The translations under genes were made by a program, and so were the position numbers. Under the pieces are notes generated by a model, which saw only the letters and a program-made list of their open reading frames with translations, was not told where the DNA came from and ran no database searches. Positions 1 to 13,700 of a stretch of 64,000 nt of DNA are shown one piece after another. This DNA comes from Haplodiscus bocki (lineage: Eukaryota), in contig OZ296650.1 in the NCBI GenBank assembly GCA_965655095.1, positions 50,654,001 through 50,718,000 of the forward strand, written 5' to 3'. How positions within the stretch are numbered: the first letter of the stretch is position 1; the number at the start of each line of letters is the position of its first letter.

Positions 1-607
1 CACAGGTTATCAAACTGTGTCAAAATTATCTCGGCAGATAAATCAAAGTTAGTAAATTATTGTCATCCAATTGTAAAATATTTTCAACTTCAATTATCAC
101 ACATCGGAATGGAACTTAGTATGTCGATCAACGAATTAAACCAAAGCATCTGGAATTCACATGTCTCGATCCTTGACACAACTAGACATTTCTCAACAAA
201 AAGCCCGAAAGTATGTTGAGTTCGAGGTACCAGTTAGTTTTGCCGCCGTTTGCCTTTGATTAATTTTTGCGCAACATTTCATTGCAATGCAGCAGCACTT
301 GTCATAAAATTATAAAATGACTGCTTTTCGAGCATTGAGCCATTAAAGCACTGCAGTCGAGCTCGCAAAAAGCAGTTATTATTTTCCGTCGTAATATATT
401 ATAAGAAGAAAATCATTTCCTCAGTATATTACCTTTTTCTCCGAATATTTCCCAATTCTGGCAACTTCAAGTGCAAAATTTTCAAATAAAACTGCTCAAA
501 AGGATCCCCTGGACAAGCAGAATGCAGTTTTGACTACACCAGCCAAAAAAAATTCGCTTTTTTCTCTGCTCGTTCGCCAAATGTATGTTACAAATCTCAC
601 TCAAGTA

Positions 608-1525
608 AATTCTCGTTTCAGTTTATCGACCTCCAACCTGATTTCTTTAGTGTAATGGTTATTGGTAAAGACGGCCGGCCCCGAACCCCATCACCAGAAG
701 ACTTATTTAAGCGACTTTCGCGTTCCTATCAACTTTTATGAGGAAATTTTCTAACCTCAGAGTTTTTCGGCTTTTCAGAGATTTTCTTCAACAAGACAAT
801 TTTTTGAAACGAATTTTTTCGAGCGTTGTCGAGTCCGCTGGCTTGATTTTCCAACTTTTTCCAATTATTCTGAAAGATACAGAATAAAATTAAATCAATA
901 TCAATACATCAAGTCAATGAAAAATATGATACAATTTTTACGCTCAACTTTTTCGAGCATTATCCAGTACTATAGCTCAAAAATCAAGTTTCTTCTAAAA
1001 ATTCTAGAAATGCCGGAAGAAATCAAATATCTTCATTTTATAATGATTTTGATTTAAAAAATCATAAACTAGAAAAGCCTTTGATTTCACGGTTAATACA
1101 TATACTAATTATCTTCTCGTTTCAGTTTACCAACGTCCAACGTGACTTCTATAGTGTAGTGTTTATTCCCAATAGACGACATTCGGACAATAAAAGTCAG
1201 GGTTCCAGCCCCACTACCTGCTGACGTTTCTAAATCAACTTCAACGAGGAGAAAAATGTTTTTGAACCGCAGAGTATACCTTTTACTATTTTCGGCTTTT
1301 CGAAGACTTTTTTGATCAAAACTCTTGAAACTTGAACTCTTTTGAGTATTGTCGAGTACTCTGACGCGATTTCCGAATTTTGCTTAAGGTATTCCGAAAA
1401 AAAATCAGAATTAAACTAATACTAATACAATAGATTTTCAGAATACAAATTACAAAACTGAAATGAAAAATCGAGAATTGCAAAAACTTTGATTTCACGT
1501 TCAAATACACACTCATAACTATTAT
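608..1525. repeat. Degenerate tandem duplication (~0.4-0.5 kb units)
   Basis: ttctcgtttcagtttatcgacctccaacctgatttctttagtgtaatgg (~611) vs ttctcgtttcagtttaccaacgtccaacgtgacttctatagtgtagtg (~1113); ttgatttcacg.t..atac at ~1081 and ~1489. Confidence 0.7.
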
Positions 1526-1537
1526 TTATTGCATAAG

Positions 1538-1592
1538 TGCGGTGGTGTCGCTGTAAAGTAGCCCACAGGTAGCTGGTTCGAAATTCTCTGCA
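1538..1592 (+). mobile_element. tRNA-derived SINE-head remnant
   Basis: A-box-like gtggtgtcgctg followed by acaggtagctGGTTCGAAA (B-box-like); a related sequence lies at 19810-19842 (minus). No complete cloverleaf. Confidence 0.35.
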
Positions 1593-2074
1593 ATCTCTAT
1601 TCTATGTAAATGTTCATTCGCTTGCATTCCTTCATCTTTTTTTTTCCGAAAACCGATAAAGGTTTTTCTTCGGGAACAATCCAAACGTTGCAAAAAATTG
1701 ATTATTTTCACGAAAATCTACTTTCCCCACCCAACTCAAAAAAATCGTTGTATTTTCAAAAGTTTCTTTCGAAAATAATTTAAAGTGTTTCGATAATCAG
1801 AAAAGGTGCGAAACTTCATGTATTATTCATTAAAGAGTTTATATTAAATGAACACGAAACTTTTTTCCAATTTTTGGCAACAAGGTTTTTCATAATTCTG
1901 GCTCGTCAGGAACGTAACAGAAAAAAACTTCAAAACTAACAATGCTGGAACACCTCGTTGTGATACCCACATGCCAAACGAGCAAAAAATGCAGATTTTT
2001 GAATGATGTTGAAACGCATAATTCTCCAAAACTACATGATTCGACAATTTCATCGAAGTCTCAGTCGACAACGT

Positions 2075-2980
2075 TTCACATCAAAGGACTGTCAAAAAAA
2101 CCATAGTTTTTTCTATCCAATTTCTGACAGGCTGAAAATGCTATTAGTTAGTTACCGATCTCGGTTTTCAGACTCGAAAATTCTCCAAAACTACCTGTTT
2201 AACATTTTTGCATCAAGGATTTAATCGAAATCTCTTTACTTGAGGATGTCTACTCGGTAGGAAAACAAACTATCTTCTTCCTTCTCTCAGACACCAGAAA
2301 CTCTAAATTAGCCACAAAGTAATGATAAGTTTGAGACATCTTGACAATCAATTTCATCGTTTTCCGACATGACTTGCTTCAATCCCCGGGCTTAGTTTTT
2401 CAGCCCTGCAGGACTTTCGCGAAAAAATCGTCATATTTCTCGTTGCGTCCGAGTCCTGACGTCCGAATCTGTCGAAAAACTATCAATATTTACACATATC
2501 GGTCCTCGGACTCATAATTCTCGAAATACTCAGATCAAATTCCACATGAAGGCTTCGATCGACAGTCCTATAATTGAGGAAGGCTATTCAATAAAAAACA
2601 AACGATTGTGTTCCCTCCCTGTCATTTCTGGCACTGCAAAGCAGCGAAGCAAAGCCCTTACTTTTGACACACCTCGTTTTTCAAATTCATATCTCTTCAA
2701 AACTAACGGTAGGACTTCTTCCATCAAGGTTTAATCCAACAGCTTTCTACTTGCGGAGCACTGTGACAAAAACTTGAAAAAAAAAACAATTTTTTTTCAG
2801 TCAGTACCCTGATACGAGAACGCTAAAAAGTGCCGAAAATAATGGCATATCTCGACATTCAAATTCATATTTCAACACCACCTCAATACTCCTGGAACAA
2901 TTTTAAACAAAACTTCTTTTGGAAGAAGTCTTTTTGAAGAAAGTCATCAATTCCTTCCTGTGCACCCGAATCTTAATAGA
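2075..2980. repeat. Degenerate tandem duplication (~0.5 kb period)
   Basis: catcaaggatttaatc...tttacttgagg (~2212) vs catcaaggtttaatcc...tctacttgcgg (~2722); collinear downstream motifs. Confidence 0.5.
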
Positions 2981-3164
2981 CTGAAACTTCCATGGTTCAA
3001 AGTGGAGTCCAAAAAAATAGTTCGAAATCGTCCATCACGGTTTTGATCGACAGCTCTTTATATTGGATGTTCATCTTTTCCCAGTAAACATCATAGTGCA
3101 AAAAAGACTGATGTTCAGGTATACCGATTCTACTTCAGATTTCTCCACCGAGAGGAAAGGGTGG

Positions 3165-3555
3165 GCTTCGCAACACTTGCGCCAACTGAATACTAGTGAC
3201 CAAATCGAACAAATAAAACTGACTTTTGAAGGCATCACGCTGAAACGAAAACAAATGGGTAAACAAAAGTGTTATCCTATTAATTCTAGTTAACTTCACC
3301 AAACCACAGGACCACTAGGTTCCGGAAATTTAAGTAGCTCCGGACCCACTCGAACTTAAATTCAGGAATCTCAGACAAATGAACAATTTTCTGCAACTGA
3401 CCGAGAACGCAAAAGCTTCACTACGGAGCGAGAGCGTATCAAATATTCAAGGCAACAGAACGTAGGCACAGATGAGAGTCGCGAACGGATCGGAGAAAAA
3501 GTCCGCAGAAGCCTGTGGTAAACACGCTTGCGCAAGTGTGATAACTATTGGCCTG
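3165..3555 (+). repeat. Dispersed repeat family B, copy 1 (copy 2 at ~11675-12045)
   Basis: Shared collinear motifs tgcgccaac.gaa..a.tagtga.caaatcgaacaa, gatcgga.aaaa and gcttgcgcaagtgt. Confidence 0.65.
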
Positions 3556-3877
3556 ACTTCTTCCATCAAGGTGACATATGAAAACTTTCTATCTGTTGAA
3601 GCGTCTTCGAATTTCAATTCTTTGATTTCTGCACAATTTTCATGATAGGCTGAAAAGGCCGAAAGGTGCATTTTATATTTTGTCGATATTCAAACTCGAT
3701 ATTTTCTGAAGCTCCGGGTTTGAAGCCTTCCGTCAAGGTCTCAATCGACTACTTTGTTTTGTCAAAAAATTTGAAAATATTTCGATGTATGTTCGATGAA
3801 TCACTTCTATATCCTTTGACGGAAAATATCGCAGTGTGGCTGCGCCTCTTGTTATTTGCTGCCCATAATCATACTCT

Positions 3878-4280
3878 GGAAGGAAAATCATTCGCTCGAA
3901 GCGGTGCGTTTTTTACGCCTACTTGCCAATTGACAACGTCCGATATTGAAAATGTCCGATGTTCGACGGTCCTAAATTTCCTTCAAAATTTTATCACCGA
4001 CTTAAAGCAAATTTTCCGTAGAATGTGACTGAAGAAGAATTTCCCAAAGACGAACGAAATTTAGTATTTTTGCAAATTTGTTATAGAATGCGTATCAAAT
4101 TATATTACTTCATAAAATTTTCATTTTTCTATCTGAATTGAAGGCTTCTTCGCGGAAATTAGAAAAATGTTAAATTTGGAAAAATTATCGAAATTTGCTG
4201 CAGATAATTTTTCGAGAAAACGTTTTCATCCTTCAAAAATGTATCTTTAACAAAGTTAAAGGGCAGAACATATGCCGATG
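3878..4280 (+). repeat. Dispersed repeat family C, copy 1 (copy 2 at ~15768-16205)
   Basis: Shared aaggaaaatc, tacttgccaattga, aagcaaa.ttt.cgtag, aatgcgta.caaat.atatta and gggcagaa. Confidence 0.7.
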
Positions 4281-4677
4281 TTATATACTCAACATCTGAG
4301 AAAGACCAAGACAAACGTTGGTCATCTAGCATAAAAACGATCTGATGGATTTTTCGTTTTGCCGTCTTGTTTACCATATTTTCGAAACATTTCTGAAAAA
4401 CACTTCTACTACACCAGTCAGTGTCTCATCCTCAAGCATTTGACTTGTCAAGCATTATCTTTTCCGGTTACGCCAATTCACAGCCCAACCTATAATAAAT
4501 GCGCATATTTTACAAAGGAAAAAAACCACTACCTGCCACACTTCCATTGAAGATGTTGATATGCCAAACATGACCTTCCAGGATTGTTGCTCTGTTGTTC
4601 ATTTTTTCACACCATTTTTCAGAAAATTAGCATTTAATATGACTCTACTCTTTCATGACCTTAATGACAGGCGAAAT

Positions 4678-5200
4678 GAACTTCGCAACACATTCCGACG
4701 TGTCAGTTGAGCTCACGGCTCCCAAAAGAAATTTGAAACCAAGACTGGAGATGTTATTGACAATTTTAGAAATACTACACTAGCAGTCGATCAAAAATTT
4801 GTACGAAAAAGTCAAAATGAGACAAGTACCTGTCACATTGTCTCATACTCGAAAAGTTGATCTGTCAATCGTCTTTCCAGGTTATGCCATTTCGCTGCCC
4901 AATGTTTAATAAGTCTTCACAGTAAACAACGGGAAAATAAACAAGTACCTGCAAAACTGTCTCATTCAAAAAAATTGATATGTTAATCATGTCTTTTCGG
5001 GTAACGCCATTTTTCTGCCCAGTGTTTCATAGACTTGTACACTAAACAACGCGAACATGAACAAGTTCCGGCCAGAAAGAGGCTGTTTACACTAGATGGC
5101 TACTCTGATGACGTCAAAAATGCAAGTTTCGATCAAGATAAAAAAAAGCTTGGAATAGGCCAGTTCAATATATATTTTTTTCAGTGAGAATGTGTATTAA
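4678..5200 (+). mobile_element. Non-autonomous repeat family A with internal ~118-bp tandem subunits (2 subunits)
   Basis: Head aacttcgca.cacatt...tgtcagttg; subunits start acaagtacc at ~4822, 4941 and 5061; tail ctctgatgacgtca...gaatgtgta. Confidence 0.8.
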
Positions 5201-6711
5201 TAAAAAATCTTGGCAAGAAAATGGAAAAAAATGTGCATCACTTTTTGCTTGCTCCGAAATTCGTTTTTTTAGCTCTGGCGCCCTGTTGGGTGTAACGCCG
5301 CAGTGAGATAAAAAAGTTTTCTTTTGTCTAATCCCAGTGTCTTCCGGAAGTTCCCTGTTGTAACTCCCTGCCCCAAGGCTACTTTGGTTGAAGCATTCTT
5401 CAAAAATGAAAACTTATCGAAATGTTCTACTAAATACTTCTTAATCCTAGAGATAGAAAGTGAAACGAAAATTCAGTTCGGGCAAAAAACCGGCAGTTTA
5501 CATAGATACTCCAAAAAATCGAAAGCTTTCAGATGTCTTATGAAAACGAGTAACCCTTCTTCGATCTGCGTTATCTTGGCTGAGATAGGAAAATGTTTTT
5601 GCTATACCTCTTAAACTTTTCTCAAGTCCGATTACTCGAATCGGCAGTTTGACTGTCATTACTCACCTTAGTGAAAACCAAGATTAAGGAACATGTAATT
5701 GTGAAAGGGAACAAATTTAAATTCGAAGTAAATGTAATAGATAATAACAATTTCAAAAAAGTGAAGAGGAGAATTTTTTGCATTTGTGCCAATGTCATCT
5801 CTTGATGATTGCGTTATTGAATGTATTAAATTACTACTAATGCAGATTTCATTTGAATTGTAAAGTATTGCTAAAAGTGTTTGCTCGAGTTGATTGAATA
5901 AAAAACGAAAACTACAAAGTAAGGTTACGTGGCCAAAATAGCAGTTCTAGGTCAAGGTGATGTACTGCCTCTGCTGCTTCGGAGATTGATTTTTAATTTG
6001 CACGTTAGCTTGAAAAGGGAGGAGAGGAGAGAAAAAGAAATATAAACTGTAGCTAAAACGGTCTGTGAAGATGCCGAAATAAAGCCAGGAAATTCGAGCT
6101 AGTTATATGGGAAAATATGAAGGCTGCTTTTCTTGTTTTCCCCATCAGACATGTCTTTCTACGTAGTGAATAGATCAGATTGGTGGTCACTAGGCGATGG
6201 CACTTTAAGGTATAAACAACTCATCGAATGAATAACAGGGATGAATCGGTGGGGGTGCGGGGGGCTACTCAGATTAGGTCAGATGAGACTTCTCAGCATT
6301 CATTCATCGAATTTTTCACGGAGATGGTTTAGTTCACTGAACCGCCTCTTCTTGCACATTGAATTTATCTTATCGTGTTTTTTCTATTTTCTGATCACGC
6401 ATTTCACTTCTCCTTATTGAAATGATTTCAACCCAATCTAGTGCCAAGAAATGTTAGTAATGAGCCAGCGCCAAAAACCGACGTCACTTCCACTAAATTT
6501 CTTTTTCATCTACATTCAAGGCCTACAGTTGCCACATGCCAAGGTGACACAAGTAGCAGAAGACACTCTCGTCCATATGTTTCAAACTCACCTTCAGCTT
6601 TAATCCTGTATTAGCCGTTCTTTGAATTTTCATTCACAGAAATGTTTTATAGATTGCTGATACCAGGCATGGAGATCCAGATCTAGTTTTTAAGTTATTC
6701 ATCGAACAGTA

Positions 6712-6717
6712 TTTATT
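6712..6717 (-). terminator. Candidate polyadenylation signal (AATAAA) for GNB5
   Basis: Plus-strand tttatt about 1 kb downstream of the stop, in non-repetitive-looking sequence; not verified. Confidence 0.3.
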
Positions 6718-7760
6718 GCACCAAAATGGAATTACTGCACAGGAAAATGCACTATAGTATCCATTCATAGCTCAGAGCCGAAAGTTGCACGCCATTCAAA
6801 ATTAAATGTAAATTGCACAAAATATTAGAGGAGGGTTCCGGTTAGAATACCAAACAAAACAGAACAGGTGCAACAATGGAATGGAAAGCACAACACAAAA
6901 TGCTGTACTTCAAGTCAATTCATCCATCTTAGCTTCCATTTCATCAAGTAGTTTGACACCGCTTTTCAGCCATTTAGCGAAATAGAAACCGGCGGCAAAC
7001 AATTCGGCGGTTCAAATTAGCAGCTGCGAAACAGGTACAAAATGTTTCCGGATTACGCCTTCAATAGACACAAGTTTTTCCGAAAATTATTTTCAAAATA
7101 CTTCACCTGAAACGAGCACTACTGAAAACGTTTTTTTTTCTACAGCGAAACGTTTCTATTATTATTGTTTTCCCATTATAAAAATCTATGATTTACAAAG
7201 TGAATTGAATTTTTTTAGCGAATTAGAAATTTCGAATAATGGTTTGGCAAATAAAATCAGCTGAGTCAAAACCCTGATTCCATAACTTTAAACTGATACA
7301 GACAGTTGCAAAGATTTCTTTGGTGGTATTACTATTGAAATCGGGGACTGCCGAAAAATTTAGCCACACTACATATTCAACTGTTGAAACGATTAAATTT
7401 TCATCAAATTAACCCATACTTGAGCCGCAACTTTTCTGATTAGGCCAGATGGAAGTGAGCTGAAAGAAAAAAATGAAAGGGTCCCAATGAACGAACAAGC
7501 GATGGTTTGTGAAAAATCTTCTTTTGCTTCTGCTACAAATAAGAGACTTGTTAGAACTTGTTAAGTGTTGATGGTCTCTTGAGAGATTTATCGTCTGTGG
7601 TTCGGTGACCCAGCAGCAACAGATGTGAATGAGTAGGATGGAGGGTTGGAGAGTAGAGAGGCTCTGTGAGCAGTGGGAATGAGAGAATTGCGCCGACCTA
7701 TTTTGAGGGGTTGAGCAGAGCAAGCAGTCAAAAAATAGACGACCACGACACTTACAACAG

Positions 7761-7772
7761 CTAGGCCCACAC
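7761..7772 (-). CDS. GNB5: GNB5 terminal coding exon (VWA-stop), followed by the 3' UTR
   Basis: TATTTCAG|GTG TGG GCC TAG supplies exactly the conserved Gbeta5 C-terminus VWA* after a ~5 kb intron. Confidence 0.9.
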   Translation of the reverse strand: MWA

Positions 7773-10700
7773 CTGAAATATTCAAACTATATCCCAGAAA
7801 AGCTTCTAGTTTGTTGTTACGGATTAAGTTCACAATCTCCTCCCCAAAATGCAATGAGGCGGAGATAATAAACTAGCAATATAAAAACTGGCTTAAAGAT
7901 GGGCTGGTATGTAAATTGCCTCTACTTCTTCCATTTGATTGGCTCAACTGCTTGTTGCGCAGGCTGAGGTGGAAATTATGAACTATGTGCATGCGGGAGG
8001 GGAGGGGGGGACTATGGCTTTGATCCGTTGTTACTGCCAAACTACTAATTGCATGCACTCAACGAAAACTCGTTTTTTTTTCATCGCAACATTCTCACTT
8101 TAGTCCACTGTGATAATCTAAGCTGAAATCAGCGCCGATTCGTAGGTTTTGAGATTATTAATACCACTTATTGACATAAGTAATGTACTACGAGAAATAC
8201 GGTCCTGGCGCGACTCGAACATCGAAGCATTTGAATTTACTCAGATGCGAAGGGTAACTTCACAGCACATTCAGACTTTTCAGTTGAAATCAAAGATCTT
8301 GAGAAATTTGAAGCTATGATAGGAGACGAGATTGGCACTTTGAGAATTACTGAACCAGCTGTCAATCAAAGTTTGAGTCAAAAAAGTTGAATTGAGCCAA
8401 GTACTGTCACAGTGTCTCATACTTGATAAATTGATCTGTCAATCTTGTCTTTTAAGGTTACGCCATTTTGCTGCCCAAGGATTTAAGAAATAGGCACAGT
8501 AAAGAAAAGGCAAATGAACAATTTACCACCAACGCGGCTTCATTCAAAACACTAATTTGTGAAAATTGACTTTTTTGTTCATTTTCTAGCCCAATGTTTA
8601 AAAATTAGCACTTTTTAGAACGCCAAAATAAACAAGTACTCGCCAAATGTCTTGAGATAGTTCATTCATTTTTCACCGTTTACTCTGGATGATTACGACT
8701 CTCTGATAAATTCAAAAAATGCAAGTTTTGAACAGTTTACATAAGTGAGTATAGGCCGTTTTCAATACACATTCATCCTTCCGGTCAGAATGTGTAAAAA
8801 GTCATTTAAAAATGAAAATCAAAGTGTAAAAATGACATTAACATCAACTCTAAGAGAGAAGTCTTTCCAGGTAATTTCGAAAAAATTATCATAGAAAATG
8901 AATAACGAAATTGTGTTCCAATAGACTATTTCTCAATATAGCTGGCTTTAAATCAAGCGGCTGATGAACAAAGTTGTATGGATAGAAAATTATTTCCGGA
9001 AAAAGGAAAACACAGAAGCGAAAACGCATCTTGTCATTTGACATCAAGGTTACCAGAAGACATTTGAAACCATGATCCAAGATGAGATTGCCACTTTTAG
9101 AAATTCTACAGCACCTGTTAATCAAAAGTTTGTTCGATAAATTCAAATTGACACAGGTACCTGTCACAGGGTCTCATACTCGAAAATTTGTAATGTCAAT
9201 CAAGTCTTTTCAGTTAACGCCAATTTGCTGCCTGCCCAATCTTCAAGAACTTTGCACAGTAAAAAAGAGAAATGAACAAGTACCGGCCAAACTGTTTATA
9301 TTCAAGAAATGACATGCCATGATCATGTTTTTTCAAGTTACGCAGCCCAATGTTAAGAAGTTTGCACACTAAAAAACGCGAAATTCAATAAGTAGCAACC
9401 AAACTATCTCAATCAAAAAATTCATGCGCCAATCATGTCCTTCCAGGTTACACCATCATACTGCCCCATGCTTGAGAAGTTTTGATCCTAAACAACTAAA
9501 AAATGAACAATCTGCAAAAAGAGGCCATTTTTGACCATTTACACTGGATGACTAGGCTCCCTGATGACGTCACAAAAAGCAAGTTTTGGACAGGCTACAA
9601 AAACCTATGCATGGGCCGGTTTCAACTACACATTCTTCCTTTCAGTCAGAATGTGTAAATACACAAATAATGTGTTTTCAGGCAATTCGAGTCATTTTCT
9701 CTTATCCAATAGCGGTGTTCATGTTTCGAAAATTTTGGATATATGCAAAAGGTAGCATCAAGAAAATCTGGACTTTCCGGTTCGATAAACTTCGGACACT
9801 TCAAAGTTAAGTATCACGTTGGTTGCTGCTTTTGAGACTCTCCAGCTTGTCCCTCCAATGATGAAGAAATAAAATCCACTGAGTAATATTGCTTCAGAAG
9901 TTGTGGCCACGTGAATTATTTTGCAACAGACCATCCATTGCCTAACGGAATTCTCCAAATGGCGGGTTGATTAATGTGCTATGGATGCCTCCAATCCAAC
10001 AGATATTCTCTGAGAATAATAGATTTGGAAAAAAACGGCATAGAAAAGTTTTCCAGATTCAAGTTGCAAAAAAGGATTTTCCTGGCAATAAGCATCCAAT
10101 TTTTTCGGAGAAAATGAGATTTGAGTAAAACGAGCTCAAGAAGAATTACGCATTACACGCAATAAATGCGAGTTGTGATCATCGCGGCAAAAAAAGTGCG
10201 TCGATCGTAATAATATGGCAGTTTGCCAGCTTAAATATTCTCACACTTTGTAAACGAGGCCGATATCGGGAAATATTCTGCAAAATTCGACGTCCACAAT
10301 GAAAATAGAAGTGATACGTTGTAAGATAGTCAGAAATTCGTAGAATTGAAAGCTTTTTTCAACTTCTGATGAAAATTCAGAGCAACGCCATACTGTTTCC
10401 ATACTTTCTCCTGGTAGATTTTCACCAACTATCGAATTTCCTATGCCTGCCTAAATTTTTGATTTTTGAGTAGGCCTTGTAAACGTATATTGTTATATTG
10501 TTTACGCCTATCTAGTTGTATATAGTATAACGTGTACAACACAGTGCTCTGGAAACTGTCAAACATACCGAGCTCTGTTACCTACGATCCGTTCTCAAAA
10601 TCAAATTCGGCAGCCCTGAACTTTTTGGAAATTTTTCACGGTTCGGATTGCTACACATTATTTCTGTCCGGTAGATTTATTTTGAATAGGAATAATTTGT

Positions 10701-13700
10701 AGTTAGTAGCAATGTATCGCGCTTTTGCCTTCTACACTTATTTTAAATAAAAGTCTACTAGAGAAGTCACAATCCACTAAGCAATTAATTCATATTCATT
10801 CGAAAAGTCCAAAAATTGCCTCACCAAGTGAGAAAGAATTTGAGATAGATATTACGAAAAGAATAGGAGAAAAAAATCAATCACAACTTTGGCAAAAACC
10901 CCATGAAAATCCAGGGCAAGATTCAACGCTATTTCTTTAACTATTTTCAAGTCAATTTTGGAAAAGGTTTTTTCCAACAGAGAGGCGAAGCTGCGCTTCG
11001 TAAACACTTGCGGCGGAAGTGAGCGAGGGCATCGACTAATTGCCAACCGATGAAAAAGTGTAAGGATTGTCGTGGTTTCCAATGAAGAGGAAATGGAAAA
11101 AACATCGACATGAATTCGGACTATCCGGATCGTAAAACGATTTCCTATATTGCGGGATTTGCAATGAGCATTGGTTGGCTGCAATGTAATCAGTATCCCT
11201 CGAGAAAAACAATTTTGAAAAAAAGCAAATGAAAAGGATTCTCGAAAAACAAGCCTAAACGTTCAATGCGAGGACTATGATATGTAAAATAAGGGCCGCA
11301 TCTGCCTCTTAGAATCGCCAATAAGGTGAGCTTCTGAAAGAGCATTGGATGGACGCAATCCTACCAGAAGTCTTCGAGAGAATCAACTTTGAAAAAAAAG
11401 CAAATGAAATATTTTGACTTTGAAGCTACAATTGGAAATACCCAATTTATCACACGGATTTGCCAAGAAAAATGAATAGGGTGAATTCAGGAAATCAATT
11501 TGCGACTAACAGTCAAAGCGTAGAAGACTCCCGAGAATTTTGAAAATTGAAAATATTGGACGCTTTGAAATTTGCAATTTTTCGACGCTTTCAGAATCAA
11601 CCAATTTTCCAACGCAATAAATGTCAATAAGTTGAAGCATCTAAAAATGGAATAAGATGTGAACACACAGGTGAAGCTGCGCCAACGGAATAATAGTGAA
11701 CAAATCGAACAATATTGACCGGTTTTTCGTGATTCTATGACAAAAATTGCAGGCTAAGAAAATTACCGACGAAAAAATTAAACAGAAATTCAATTGACTA
11801 AGTTAATTCTTTCATATTTATTTATATACAAGTGTAACAAGTACGAACGGCTATAGCAGTTAAATATTCGATTTATACTTAGCACGCTAACTGTAAAATA
11901 TGACATACGAACAAAATTTTGCAAGAAAGCGAGAGCGCAGAAACAGAATCCGGGAGCATTAGAATCTAGGGACGAAATACCACTTGTCAACCGATCGGAA
12001 AAATGCTTGTAATATAACACTTGCTTGCGCAAGTGTAATCAATTGCGAGTTTGTACCGAACGAAAAACAAAAGTCCGGTGTAAAGAACTTGCTTCGCTTG
12101 CCACTTTTAAATACTCGCTCATTTAGGTTTAGAGCATTGCTTTTTTTTCTTAATCGTGTCTCATTTTTATATGACCGAGTATCATTACTTTAAATAAAAC
12201 TCTGGTAATCAAAATTTTCAAGAAAATAATGTTCCTATTTTTCTGAGATAAATTTTCCCAAAATAACTTTCGGGCTTTTAAGGTGTTCCACACCAACTTA
12301 TTGCCACATAATTTTTTGAATAATAAATTTTTGATTGTGGAACTTCTGAAATCGGCATGTTTACTGAAACTCTGTAAGCGGCTGGTGAACGATGCTCCTG
12401 CTCAATATGGCGGAGTAACGAAAAAGGAGAGAATCGAAATTCTAGAATAGTTTGCTTTTCAGTCGCCACTTTTCAATACCGGACTATCAGTGGCTACTTT
12501 TAATTTTTATCAAGTACAAGGCGCAGCTGAAGAGTGATTTCGTTTCTTACTGCCATCAAGTGCAGAAATACTTATGAATTTTGAAAACACTAGAGTCCAC
12601 CCTACGAAGGCTTTCAGCATTGCGAGACAAAAAAAATCGGCCAAAAACAGCGTAAACCTCCTTTTTACAGCGAAATTTTCAAGAAAAAACCAAAAAAGGC
12701 CCCCTTTAAATATATTGAGCCTTATGGGCGGCGCAGACTTGTGCCTTTCCCTTCTCATTAGTGGCTGTCCCATGATATGTAGTACTACTGACCCTGAGTG
12801 TGTAATCCCAGGACCCAGTCATGAGCGCACATCCGTCAGGGGAAACTCCCAAACAAGAGACACGGTTGTCATGTCCGAACAGAATGGCGATGCGAGACGC
12901 CTTCAACGTGTCCCACACATTCACAGTGTAATCGTTGTAACCAGCAAAGATGACACGCCCACTGAGAGAAAAGTCCAGACAAGTTGCCGGGAAGATGATG
13001 CTATCTTTGGCGAAACAATTCACTTCACGATCCGCCCTCAGGTCAAACAGTCTGTAATCACAACACAAAATAGAGACAATCAATTCATCCGTTAAATACT
13101 ATTCCGTGGACGTTTACAAAATCATGCTATTAACAAAAGCCATTCATGAGAACTTTCATAAATGAATTTTTTTTGATTTCATAAATGTAAGCGTGATAAT
13201 AGGTTCTCATCATTAATTTTGAATTATGGTGTTGTCACCCATTTGAACACTGCCTTTTTAATAGAATATTACTCGCTATCAAATTTAAATTGTTTTTTAA
13301 TCTTCGTGGTTTAAAATATTTCGTCCGTCGCATGCAAACTTAAGAGCCTTGCTTTCTTGGAAAATTTCCTAACATATTAGGATGGCCTGAAAATAATGCA
13401 GAAGCAAAAACGCCTCTAAATTTGACAGAAAACAGAAGAAATAAAAGGAAGGTTTGAGACCTCGACACAGCGCAGTTTTCAACTTTTTATACCTGCAGGT
13501 GGCATCGTCTGAGGCAGCTGCGAAAGCGTCTCCACTGGGGTAAAATTTGACGCAGTTGATGTCTGCCTCAGGTCCGTCAAATGTCTGCACTGGCTGTCCA
13601 GAGCGCACATCCCACACGATGGCCATTTTGTCTGCACCCCCAGAGACGAACGTGAACCCAGTCTCGGCAGGTGAAATGTTGACACTGGTGACGTCAGCCT

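Noticed and set aside
1538-1592. Possible tRNA gene
   Set aside because: B-box-like motif present, but no acceptor stem or full cloverleaf; treated as a SINE remnant.
1-7400. Short ORFs of 60-120 aa in the left flank
   Set aside because: They overlap degenerate repeats or the probable 3' UTR, have no domain motifs, and are of the size expected by chance.
12574-13095. 173-aa plus-strand ORF
   Set aside because: Antisense shadow of GNB5 exon 6 with no recognisable motif; the same applies to 15029-15286 and 19206-19403.
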